The position numbers and the translations under genes were made by a program. Shown here piece by piece: positions 1 through 12,800 of a DNA stretch of 64,000 bases (its first letter is position 1; each line of letters begins with the position of its first letter). This DNA comes from Phoronis australis (Eukaryota > Animalia > Phoronida), in the NCBI GenBank assembly GCA_002633005.1, contig NMRA01000055.1, forward strand, positions 1,003,285 to 1,067,284, written 5' to 3'. The notes under the pieces were generated by a model that saw nothing but the letters and a program-made list of their open reading frames with translations, had not been told where the DNA came from and did no database searches.

Positions 1-94
1 ATTCTTCCAAGGCAAACTGAAGATATCCGGCAACATGGGTCTAGCCATGAAACTGTCAGAGTTCCAACCCAAATCCGGAAAGTCTAAACTATAG
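1..94 (+). CDS. SCP2: Sterol carrier protein 2 / SCP-x, C-terminal part of last coding exon (gene extends off the left edge)
   Basis: The frame from nt 2 reads [30 protein letters not shown] (TAG 92-94). This matches the conserved SCP2 C-terminus ([18 protein letters not shown]) and ends in the canonical PTS1 tripeptide SKL. Too short for the ORF track. AATAAA at 1039-1044 is a candidate poly(A) signal. Confidence 0.9.
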   Translation, partial: FFQGKLKISGNMGLAMKLSEFQPKSGKSKL

Positions 95-3000
95 AGGGAG
101 TGGTAGTCAAGAGAGACAGCCAATGGAAGACTTTGGTGGAGCTTTAGTGACTAGTCATGAACAACTGAGGACCTCTGTTGTCTTCCAGCAGATGGAGAAA
201 CAGTTTCTGTTTCAGACAAGAGACTCACGTTGTTAGTCACATCTGCTATGGAAATAACGTTATTTAGTTTGTTAGTATTTTGTGAGCATAAATAATGAAA
301 TGAATTGCAGAATGGTCTATGTTTCAATGAAGTGCTTATCTATTTTACTAATTTATGAGAATTTCAGTGCTTGTTACATTGCACTGGATACAAGGTTATA
401 CTTTTCTGTTATTTTAATCACAAGTGTGTAATTTTGTATTTTTGCTTACATACATGCTTTCTTCAATAGTAAATGCCGTGGATAGTCGCATTATATCTTC
501 CCGATTAGCATTTTTGTACACTGTAGGCCTAATTCACAGTATTTTCAAGGTCCAGCACTCTCCTTCAGCTGGGCGTTATCATTTCTTAGGGCATCCACAT
601 TTCCGCTTAAATCTTTGACTCGGGACCTCATTTCTTCAATTAAGTCTTGTTACAGCTTACCAGTAATACTATTTAACTCGACTTACTGTGAGAGTTCTCA
701 ATTTTACGAGGCGAAAACAAAATGGCGCATGCTATTCGACTACAGAGACACCCAGTGGCCTTTTTGTTCATGGTGGAGCAGAGTTAGAACATATGTTAGT
801 TAACAAAAACCACTTGAATTGTGACTAGTAAATATAATTTGAGCTGATTATTGATTCTGTATTGACTAACTTCAGACGTGCGTTTTATTGCGCATTTAAT
901 TTTGTGCCTTCTGCTCATTTATTTTGTGTTATTTCATTAAGTGATGCATTTCTACATATTCTTTGTTTGCCATGGCATGTACATGTACATGTAGACATTA
1001 AAAAATTACAGTCCTTAACACTATTGAGAAGACACTGAAATAAAATTTTGGCAGAAGACAGAGGTTCAATTTATCTATCTGTGTATTTACCAGTACATTT
1101 GACTGAAATTAATCGATAATTGTATTTGTTATTGATGCAAAACTGTTCAGATTCGCATTTAAGTTGTACTTCAGGTTATTCAAAAGTCACACGGGACAGT
1201 TGTCATGGTTACTTGCATTCAATCATAAGTCATTGATCATACTATATGTAATTGTCATAATCTGTTATTAAAATTTGCATTTATTGAGGAATAAATGTTA
1301 TGTCTGAACTGTTATAATCCTTCATCATGAAAATGTTTCTTGTACAAGCTTGTGCCATATTGAACTTCTCTGATGTTCCCAAGAACAGTGAAAAGCGCCA
1401 GAGCGTGGTCAAATACTGAACTGTCACAACCACCCCAAATGCAACTTCACAACATTGTTTATTATACCACAACGCACCAAACACAAAGGAGGGTGACTAA
1501 TACTGTTAATGGTTCTCATGACTGTCGTACATCGCCAAAAAATGATGGTAACTTGAAATCAGCTGATTAACATATCGTCAACTAGTGTTTGTCTGGTCTG
1601 ACGTCTGATCGACTGGTGGAGTTTTGATTTGAAATTGCTGATTTTAAGCACTTGAAACAATGGCAGGTTTTAGTATGAGACTGTCTCTGCTCATCTGGCA
1701 TAAACTTATTGTCTGGGAAGACAGAGGCGCCCGGAAGGACAGCGAGCTTCCGAGACGGTTGCCAAGAGGTAACGTTTTAGTACTTGAAACAGGGACCTCA
1801 GCCGAGGATTACGGTTTTGTTAACCCGTTACTGCACTGAATACGAGGCAGGGCTCCACAGAATAGTTGAAACCCATTCTTTTGGCTTCCGGAAAACTTGT
1901 TCTTTCATTTTGATATGCACGTGAACGGTTTCGCGTTTGAGGGTGGAGAAGAACTTCTTCGAATATGCCAAAAGTTGTGCGCGATCGAAATTATCTTAGG
2001 TTTTGTATGATTTACATACATTAAAAAAGAATACTGGGGAACCATGTGTATTTGCACGGTGTCTATAAAGTGTCACGCGCTTTTAAAGTGATACTAATTA
2101 ACCCTCTTTTGAGGATTTCAACCAATCCTCATGTCACTTGCTAATGCATCATTGGCGTCAATCTTGCAATTTAAAGACAAGAATCTAACTAAAAACTCCT
2201 ATTCTCTAGCTCAAAATTGGATACTATGGTCCTTGGCGTATCGTCTTTTCCAACAGTTGCCGTGTAATTCGCTAGAAGCGTAGGCCAAGCTTGCCCGTTT
2301 AGCATACTTTGAACGGAATTTTCAATTTTCCTCCAAACATTTGAGGGTTGGCGAAGGTTACAGGGTATTATTTTGTTTCAGAGAACTCTATTATGGGAAA
2401 GTCGTTTTTAGTATCTGTTAATAGGCCAAGAAAACAGAGTTTGGTATCATTTTCAGTGCTATCGCACGGTTAGTTGGATTTTCTGGAATTCTGTTCTTTG
2501 ACAAACACACACTGCCTACCAAAAATAGAACGATGACAACTAAAAACAACTTTGACATTCTTCTGAATTTCCTAAGCAAATCGATTCCCTAAAATGCCAT
2601 CATTTCAGGCATGTTTATACGGTTATTACAAACATGTAGTGAGTTATTTGTTGTTTTAATGCATTTCATGGCAGCCGGTTATTTTATTTCTACAAGGACG
2701 TTTGTCTTCTAAATAAATTTATGAATGTATTCAATTTTATTTTCTTTTGCTTTTCAGGGCTTTCTAAATTTTGCAGTACAGGTACATTAAAAATCTAAAA
2801 TTTCTGAAACTTGTAACGCAATCCATTATTCTTAACGTCACCGTTTATTTTGAAAGATTTGTTTCGTCGATGTTGCTGAGTAACGCATTACGTCACAGCT
2901 TTGTTCTTTCAATTTGTTTTTGGCAACACGCCTCACAACACCTTCGGCCATCAAGCAGTCAAGACGTGTTTGGTGATCGCTCTGGACATGCGATTCGCAA

Positions 3001-6000
3001 TGCGCATGCTCAGCTGACGTGGTCGTTACCGGGACGACGCCTTCCTCTATGTGTAGGTTAGCAACTGGTTGTCTAGTAATCTATAGTTAAACAATGTATT
3101 GTTCCTTCACCAACAACTTATCTGGCAACAAGGGACAAATATATAAGTGTAGGTCAAAGTGGTCAGACTGTCTGCTCTTCCTGTATTGCCCCGTAACTTT
3201 GTCAGTAACACATGCTTACATTTTTTTGTAGGTCTTCAATGAGCGAGCCAACAAAATGAAGGAGAAGCCATCCGGCTTTCCTATATTGCAAAAATTTGAC
3301 TCGCTCAAAAGACGCTAAGAGAGTACAGCCTGGACTATTCGAGTTAGACGGAGACGGTAACTCCGAGCTGTACTGGTAACAGCTACACCTAGTCGTCTCG
3401 TAAAGTACCGAGGAGAGGAACGCAAGAAACCAGTACGAATGTACGCGAGATGTCAGTTGAACGCGATCGACAAATCCAATGATAGCGTATTTCACAAGCC
3501 GATTTGTCATCGTACAAAAGGGAAGTAATGGTCTCCAGAGATCTTTGCATTTTCAAACTTGAAATGAACGACCATTAGATAATATACGGTTGTGTGACCA
3601 TACTACACCCAATAAAGCACGTGACTGTTGACGTGCAGGTCACAGTACCTGTAGAGTTACATATCGTTTTGACTGTTGATAGACAACGCACGACAGCAAA
3701 ACACTGTGAATGCTCAGATACATGTGTACCTATGCTTCAGTCGAATACAAGAACCCTGGACTTTCTGTGCGAGCAGTACGTAACGAAGCATTACAGATGC
3801 CAGTGTTCGTTGCCATCTTTAAAGACCGACCACTACTTCCTCCTTGAAGAAGAATTATCGCGTCATCCTCTTCTCAATACGGACGGGATTCAGGTGGTAC
3901 GTCGGGTATAGAGAACCTAATATGGCTTTCGTGTAATGTGGCACCGGGTTATCGCCCACGGCGAAACGTGATCATTTCACGCCCTTGTCGAAGTAGAGTG
4001 TCCATTTCATTCACTTCATAACAGGAGAAAACATTCGGTGAAACTTTATTACCATTAGAATACGTACAAGAAAGTTGAAATGGTGAAGAATGAAAAAATG
4101 AACGGAACTTAAAAGATCTTGAAACGAGAGGTTCCAGTTCGATTCTTAATTGGAAACAGCAACCAATTACGTGAACAAAATGTGAACTCAAGAAGGGTGA
4201 ATTGAAGTTATATAATTTTTATATTAATTATAAGCAAAGTTTAGAAGCGCTTTTAGTTATACACTTTTAAAGTTGTAACAAATGCTCAGTGGAAGACGTT
4301 TTTAAATTTGCGATGCTCGATCATTCCTCAGTTGCGTCGACAGGCCTTGCGTGGTTAAATTTTGTTGATAAACTACCGTAGCACCATCTACATGCTTGGT
4401 GGTAATCAAAGTTGATGGACTGTGGACATCGTCTTATGGTCAAGAGACTGACTGCTACCTTCCGTGTACGAAATCGTCACGTGCACGGGGGAGGACCCTT
4501 TTAGACAGAAGACGGTCTAATTGTAAGTGGCGGATCAAAACATCACACTGCAGTCAGGAAACTCGCGATAACGTCTAAAAGTAAAACCTCCGAGTTGCAT
4601 GTAAGAGAATTTGGGTAACTTTTAACTCTTCTTATTTGATATACATGTATATATATTATCTGAAATTACATTTTATTATTTACGTCACCTTAGCATTTAT
4701 GTACATGTACAAGTGGTTTGTAAATAAATACTGCGAGAAAAACAACACATTCTGATACATTACACAGTTCGCGTATTTCCATTATGGTTCTCCAGTCACA
4801 GAGTATTAGAGAATGACGCACTCCGGTAAATTTTTGGAGAACATCAAACGCCCTGAGAATCACTTGTTTTACTTAATCTACACGATTTTCACGTCATCAT
4901 GACGTGCGCTATCAAACTCATGCAAAGAAAATTTGGGCCTGGAAATAACCATGGAATACGTGCTTCTCCCTCTGCATAGACTGGAAGTTCAACGTCACAG
5001 CAAAAGAGACATATAATGTGGGCGGCTTAATTTAGTTGGGGGCAGGGTAAATGTCAACGCCACGGACAACACCAGAGGATCACCTCCGACAGGTGGCACT
5101 TGTATCGCATAATATACTGTACTATTGAGCAAAAAGAAAAAGAGAGCTACAGTTGACTCCATCATTCCTTGACACAGAGTGTCCTTGAAAGAAATGATAT
5201 ATTTTCGCATTCCATAATAATTGTCTTCTGAAGCAATTTGGCATAGAAAATCTATGCATAAGGAATTTCAGAGACTCGAAACATAACATATGAATGCGAG
5301 CACGTTTTCATGTGAGCTTAGAAGAAACATACCCTGGTTTTTTAACTGGGGGCTCCCTAATCAAAATGTTCTGACCAGGTCCCCAAAGGGCCAATCTAGC
5401 ACTGGTAGTTGACAAGTGGTCGCTAAAAATTCTCTCTTCTCTTTACTCGACTGCTGCTGCCCTTCGCCGCACTAAGCCTGTGTAAGTGCGCTCGAACGTT
5501 TCACTCTCTAACCTGTAAAACATACCCTACCGATGCTCCCCCAACTTCACGATTGGGAGGGGCGCTCAACTCCTCTGTATCCGCTTCCTACGCCAATGAA
5601 TCAAGTACCTTTTTGTTACAAAAATCCTAAAATCAGTCCATTAAGTCTTGCTCATAAATTTAGTCAGCGCGTGTGTTGCATCATTCCTCTTCAAAAGCAG
5701 TTCCTGCTGTTTCCTTGGATACTCTCTCCAGCCAAAATCCTTAGCTTATCCATTTGGGCTTCAACGCACCGCATATACATGTAGGCTATGGATTGCAATT
5801 GCTGCATAACGCGCGGCTAGGTTCATACGAGTTGACCACTCGTTTAATTAGTAATCATTGCGGTCTTCGACTGAGTATAGTCGAACGCTGCTCTGACTCC
5901 AGATTGCATTTTCTGCGTTTAAAAATGCCGAACATTGAAGTATTTGCGGACTTGTGCCTATGTCCGCACAACTTACAGTGATGAACTCAATAGTCACAAC

Positions 6001-9000
6001 TTACATGGGGGCATGATCTAATATTGTTATTAGAAACTGATTACGAAATTATTTCTTTAACATTTTTCATTCTAATCTGGTACGAAGTCAAGACAAATGT
6101 CTATTACTTTGTGTTCGAATACATCATGGTTTACGAGAATGACTTTCTAATCCAATTTTATACTTGATGTCCCCAGGATTAAAACCTTTAAGTTCGAATT
6201 GGAACTCGGAATTTGGAGTTTTTATTCGAAATCTCGTGTTTTTACTCGAGTTTGTAGCTCAGTTCCAAGGGTCACCAAGTGGAAATTTGCGCATCATAGT
6301 GGTTTGCGTAATACGCATACTCAAGCACAGAATAATAGATAATTATCTTAAGTTCGTGTTAAAAGAATAACAACAAATAAATTTTCGAGCTCCAAGAATT
6401 CTTCGTTGAAACCCGGTCGTGATTGGGCAACTCAACCAGTTTGTGCACAACAGAATCTGCCGATTCAGATCAAGAACACGACGCCTTTGTGGTTAACTAA
6501 ATAGCTTCAGGTTGCTGATGTTATCGCTCTCTAGATAATGAGACCCACCACAAACACACTGGGGACGACAATAGTATTTTTGAAGTTTCGTTTTGAAAGT
6601 TTGTAAATAACATATTTGAATAGTTCATGAAAAGCACGCGTGACTTTTTTAATTTTGAAAACAGGAAAGCGATATATATGGCTTTTACAACTTATAGCGT
6701 ATGTTTAATATTGCAGTAATATGTTCCTCATTCATTCTGGGGTGTGTGCAACACATTTTACCCAATTACCGAACCACCAGGCAGCAGTTGGATTTTAAGG
6801 TAAGCCAAGTGTCATCGTTCAATTCTTGGCTCGAGAAATCGTTGTCAACTTATCTATAGAGAGAAGCTTTTATTTTTTTAATCACATAAAACATACATTG
6901 TTATATGACTGGGTGGCCAGCAAAGGCACGGGCCGCTAATAAATTAAATCAAATAGATATTAACAATTAAAGTGCTTACAACAAAAATTTACTGAGTTTT
7001 GACAATTGACTACATACCTAGCATTATTAAACTTCTGTTTATAGGACTGCATGTCACAACCGTAAATTCAATATCTCAAAAACGAGAAATTTTCACTGAA
7101 TATTTTAGCTCCACGGACATGAGTGTGTCGTATAAAGGTGCCCAGCGCCAATTTTTCACGTGAGTCAACGCCGCAGCGCGAGTTTCTTGTAGTAACTTGT
7201 GCCATATCCGGGCTTCTCTGGTGTCCCTCGAGAAAGTGAAGAGACACAGCGTAATCAAATACAATCGTCACAAACACAACTCCTCGCTATTGTTTATTAT
7301 TCCATAAACCCTGCACAAACGAGCAGCAATATCACACTAAACACAACTGAGGATGACTAAAGCTGTGACTTGTTTCGCGCTTCTACGTAGAGTAATATGA
7401 ACAGAACCACGAAATACTCATCACTAATCAGCATATCGTCAGACGCTGCTTGCGGGTCTTCAAATTTGACAGCTGGTCGATTGGTGTTGTTATTTTTTAA
7501 TGTTTTGATATGAAATTGGTGATTTCAAGCTCTTGAAAAATCGTAATTTTTGTTAAGTGTGTGACACCAAAGTCATGCAAGTTAAAAAGGTGAGTCAGTA
7601 CATACAACAGCGAGAGCTGATGAGTAAATAAACGTTATTCACGTATTCGGAGATGCTCACCATTTGCTTCAGAGAACTCAAGAAGTTGACTTTGGCAGAC
7701 TCGGTGTACATGTAGTTGACGAGATGTGATGACTCCGGTGTGACCTTCAACTTGCCTTTCCTGCCTTTTTGGTAACTACCTTCTAGCGTTTGATGTCTTC
7801 GTCTGCATTACTTGCCCCTCGCCCTCTTTTCTCGCGTTATTGTCTTTGTCTTCTCTGTTCACCTTCATTTTCTTCTGTGCATCTAGTGTCGGGCCCATAG
7901 ACATCATAGGTGTGGGGGACTTCTTTACCTAAAACACGAACAGCAGGATTGTTGTGAAGACTGGAGAATATTCTATTCCAATGTTGTGAAGATATTTTCC
8001 CACATCATTCGCAATAAAAAATCATAACAGTTCACTTTGAAATGCCGAAACTATCCTGTTTCGTTTTGATTCTCCAATATTTTACTTTTGTACGGTTGTA
8101 ATGGGTCAAGTGCGCCCGACATATAATATTTACTTTGCGTAATTTATCAAAACGAAATTAATAACTGTATTAATATACCTTTGTGAAATACAAATTATTT
8201 TTATTACGAAGGTATTCAGTTACCTTAAAGTGACATTTCAAACTCGTTTGTCCTCATACTCACGGAGATTATGATTTGGATAAAAACTCTCGCCAACTCG
8301 GCACACGTCATGCAAAGTCAAACCGAGCATGTCTACGTGACTTCTTTGCGCATGTTTCTGCCACTCAGCTTTGCAACACGTTAATTTTTAACACATGCTG
8401 AGATCTCGTCACCTGCGTGTCAGTTGTAAACTTTGATAAACTTTACCATTATATGGCATTAAAAGGTTATTTTCGATGTTTATCGATGTTTATCTAAACT
8501 ACGTCCGTTAAATAAAGTACATATAACTTTTGCTTAAGCAAAACGTGTTCACAATATTATTTCAAAAACTTCGCAAACTTCCAGGATTCTCCAAACGCCT
8601 GTAGCTTGTTGATAATACTATACTTTCCTATAAATCATTGGTTGGACTATTTTGTAAAAGGTCGAAAGTCGCATTCCATTTTCCAGTGTTTCTTTTTATG
8701 TCGAACAAACTTACTGTGCCTAAAGTTTTACATATGAGCCATTTTCTTTAATTAGAACGTTTTAGCGAATTTGGTTGTACGCCAATATGTTTTGGAAAAA
8801 ATCAAGTTAGAACTCGTTGACATGCTTAGTAAAGCCAGTCAAAGTTCATTTGAGGTGATCGATTATAATCAGTAGATAATTAGAGGCCGCACTTGATTCA
8901 CCTGACCGGTTCAGTCGGGTCCACCTGTTAAGGCATCTGAGACCGCATGCATGAAACAGTCCTAATAGGGAACTCATAATAAAGATAAAATGTTAAACAA

Positions 9001-9785
9001 TACTAAATAAACAAAGTCTACATATGTGCCGAAAATTTAAGGAACATGGTTGATCTCGGGAGAGTTAATTTTAAAGTGCAGCCATAGAATGTAACAATGG
9101 AACAGCTTTTGATGACGTAACTAGCAACAAAAACAACAAAATTAATATCTATCCCCACGTACACACGCACGCATTATTTCGTTTTATTCCCTGGAATATT
9201 TATGTTCGACAAGGTTACAATGCCACTGGGCAGTTGCTGCACTGCAGGCAAGAGCTGCCACTAGGGGCTCTGCCGACGTGGGCAGACGATCAAATATCAT
9301 TTACTAAAGATGGAAAGTAAAAATACTATACACGAATATTAAACAAAAGATAGCAAATAAAATAAAAGACTAAGAACATGTAATTAAAACAACGTCATAT
9401 ATGATCTGGAAAATAAGCAAATTTTGCGTGACAGTGGGAGACACGGCTTTACATGCTTAGTACGGTACAAATCAAAAAAGCTCAACCAAATGAACATATA
9501 CAGCTTGAGGAAACAGATTGGTTGCCTCTTGATATTATAAGAATATCATTTGATTTCAAATATGTATTTTAAGTAAATTTTTGGTTTGGAATTCTTAATA
9601 CATAAAAGATGTCTTTTTAAATTCACGTGGCAACGGGAGACACGTGAGAAATAAACAACTGGTCCCTACTCAAGCATCCATGTTTTTTGGACCTTTCTAA
9701 AACAATTCGCCAAGTTTATTACATGCACTCTTTGATAACTTAGAGATACGCATCTGGATTCTTCAAAATTTTCACAACTCCGATG

Positions 9786-9794
9786 CTATATTAA
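9786..9794 (+). promoter_or_regulatory. Putative TATA box of the protease gene
   Basis: CTATATTAA about 65 nt upstream of the ATG at 9855, retained in copy B (~51365). Position-based inference only. Confidence 0.4.
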
Positions 9795-9854
9795 GGAGAA
9801 CAAGTGAATTTTAAAGTCACTTCAAGCTAAGTCACCAGTTCCACTATTACGGGT

Positions 9855-12800
9855 ATGGAATTCATTGCGTTGTTGGCTCTCGTGGCGTACGCCAATGGTA
9901 AGTTATAATTTGGACGGATATAAGGGGTATTTGGGCAGCTTATTTTTTTAAAGACATGTTTGGATGAAAACTGCGTTACTTTGTACATTTAGCAACATTT
10001 ATTGTAGTTGTTCTTTTCTCTAATTGGAGGCAGTCACATTTGCATCAGGTGTCAGTTCATGCAATAATAGACTGTACTTCGGGAGCAAGTTTTCTGTTAT
10101 ACAGAATTTGTTGAATGCACGACACTTTTCATTGTTCACGGTCTTTATTCCGTTGCGAATTACATAGATAGGAATACCACCAATCACATTGCTAGCCCTC
10201 TTTTCCACTTCAGACATATAAAATTCCGAGAAAGTGGGACCCAGAGGAGAGCCCATGCTCACACCATCTTTTTGCAAAAATGCTTTCGTGGATTTCCATA
10301 TTAAGCGATTTATGTCCAGAATTAGCTATGAAGTCCCTGCACGTCGGACTGGTGTCACCAAAAAGATATTTTACAAAAATGTCATGTCTAATAATTACCT
10401 CCAGGACGAACACGCCATTAAGAAAATCATAAGGGACAACGTTAAAGTTTGTAAGCCTGATGATTACCTTGATGTTATTATTTATTATCGGAATAGGAAG
10501 TCCTCCAACTTGGTCATGAAAAATAACATTTCTAAAGCGAAAGTCCGCCCCGTTGCACAGTGTAGTGTTGTTTATGAATTTGTATGCCCTATGAATGAAT
10601 GTCTTCGTTCAAACGTCAAACAATGTTACATTGGTCAAACGGTTTGCAGTCTTTCCCGTCGGTTATCCATGCATCTTCAAAATGGCGCCATTCAAGATCA
10701 TTTTCTGCAATACCACGCACGTAAAATCACCCGTCAAGAAATTGTGGAAAACACGTCAATTCGCTACGTGGAGCAAGATGTGCTGCGTTTGAAAGTATTA
10801 GAGTCCCTTTTAATTGCTTTTGAGAAGCCTATTTTGAATGAGCAGCAAACAGGGTCGCGCCGCACGTTACACTTGTTTGCGTGACTTTCCTGTTACCCNN
10901 NNNNNNNNNNNNNNNNNNNNNNNNNNNNNNNNNNNNNNNNNNNNNNNNNNNNNNNNNNNNNNNNNNNNNNNNNNNNNNNNNNNNNNNNNNNNNNNNNNNN
11001 NNNNNNNNNNNNNNNNNNNNNNNNNNNNNNNCATCGCTTACAAATATAGAAAAAAATACGACTTTACAATTTTCTCTGACAAAAGTTCATGTTGCACAGG
11101 GGTACGTATTTTGTTCATGAAGTTTGGCGTGAACATGCATTCTTCGCGGGATCTAGCTATGCGTTACAAGCAAAGCACGTGATATCACTACCTTTCACTC
11201 GCGAGTAGCTAACATTAATAAAGCATGCCAGTTATACTTATACACTGGTCCAAACCTACGAACTTGCGCTAGTTGTATGCTGCTTACATTTGAATATTTT
11301 CTCCAAATATACATCTGCCAACATGGAGTTCTATGAATCCATGTAAGGCGTTCTACCGCCTGCCTAATTTATCTATTTATGAATTATTTAATTGATGTAG
11401 CGGTAGTAGTTTTTAAATTATTTCTTTGGTAAAATTAAAAAAAAAACATTTTGTTAAATTCTTAGAGTCCTTATGCTGAACCGCAACCCGAAAACAGTCA
11501 GAAGAGTTGAATGAAAATTATCACTTTTTAAGCTGATAGTAAAACGCGAATGCATACTTGGTATATAGAACTATTGTGAGAAGAGAACTAGGGAGGATGC
11601 CTATCCCACACATTTGGCGTCAGTGCTAATCTGTTACTGTACATTGGAATCTGTATGAGGTTTGTAAGGCCTCATGGGGGATTTCCACGTGTAGAACGAA
11701 ATCTAGACCTTTGCGATGAGAGCGTACCGCAAATCCGGTTTCTTGAGAGAAAAGCAAGAAATCGCAAGATTCGCAAAATCCCGTGATTAAGAGGTAAGTA
11801 TTTCGCGAGTATGCCCGGGATACCACTGAAGTGATCGGTGGGGAGGTTGAAGTGTTGCATTACGGGACCGAATTTTCGTACCATTGGTAAAAATTTTTTC
11901 CATTTGTCGCGAGTGCTAGGTACTGTATCGTCTTGCGGTCTACCGACCTCAACTGAAGTTATGGCAAGAAGATGTCGATTTTGTCATAATTTTCTGCCCA
12001 ATCTAGAAATCTGCAACTGGTAGATTTACTAATAGATTTTTTTATTTGTTTTAGTCATATCTATAAAACCCACTCTGTGTTCCAAACGGGTGAAATCAAA
12101 GAAAATGGTAGCTTTAATATTTGATTCTTGCTGCGTGCCAGTATTGTCATATATCGTTAATAGGACAATGCGTCTTTTGTTAAATGATAACAAACCATTT
12201 GTTACACCTTGAATGTAAATAAATATAGCATTTCCATAAACGTACCAAAATATAATACCGTCTTTTCATAAAGCAGTAACAATAATGACGTCAGGAGTAC
12301 GACAGTCAATCACCATCCAACAAATAAATGTTCAATTTAATGTGCGTGGGCTGTGTGTCGTCCAGTTTTTCCAAATCCCAGTGACTTTAAAAGCTAAATC
12401 ATCTCAGAAGACTGAAGATTTCAGTGAATAGGAACCTACAACCTAACCACGAACTTGTTTACGCAACTTTAGGAACCGAGAACCCAGCTGCAACCAATGT
12501 TAAAACCCTTGGCGATTCCGTTGAGTGGGTAGAAATTGTCGTTTTCGATGTGAAATTATTTTGCTAGTGGGCTCGATCGTATTTCTGTTCTGATCTTTTA
12601 AGATTTGAGCAGACGTACGACTTAATAGCCGGCAATATTAAACAGTCGAAATAACTTAGTCCCCGAATAAAGCTGAATTTGTGTCAGTAGTGTTTTTTAC
12701 AATGCCTCCCAAGCGAGGGTATAACGTACACTCAACGTTTTCACAAGAGACTGAAGTCGACACCTGCGAGAATCCTATAGTTTGTTGGTGACGTAATGGA

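Noticed and set aside
970-995. TACATG tandem motif (recurring across the window)
   Set aside because: A common low-complexity motif in many marine invertebrate genomes with no locus-specific meaning evident.
10234-10884. 216-aa ORF as a host gene or selenoprotein-type PLE ORF
   Set aside because: Its first ~14 codons are the antisense of the inverted RT piece, there is no internal in-frame TGA, and the downstream region is an N gap.
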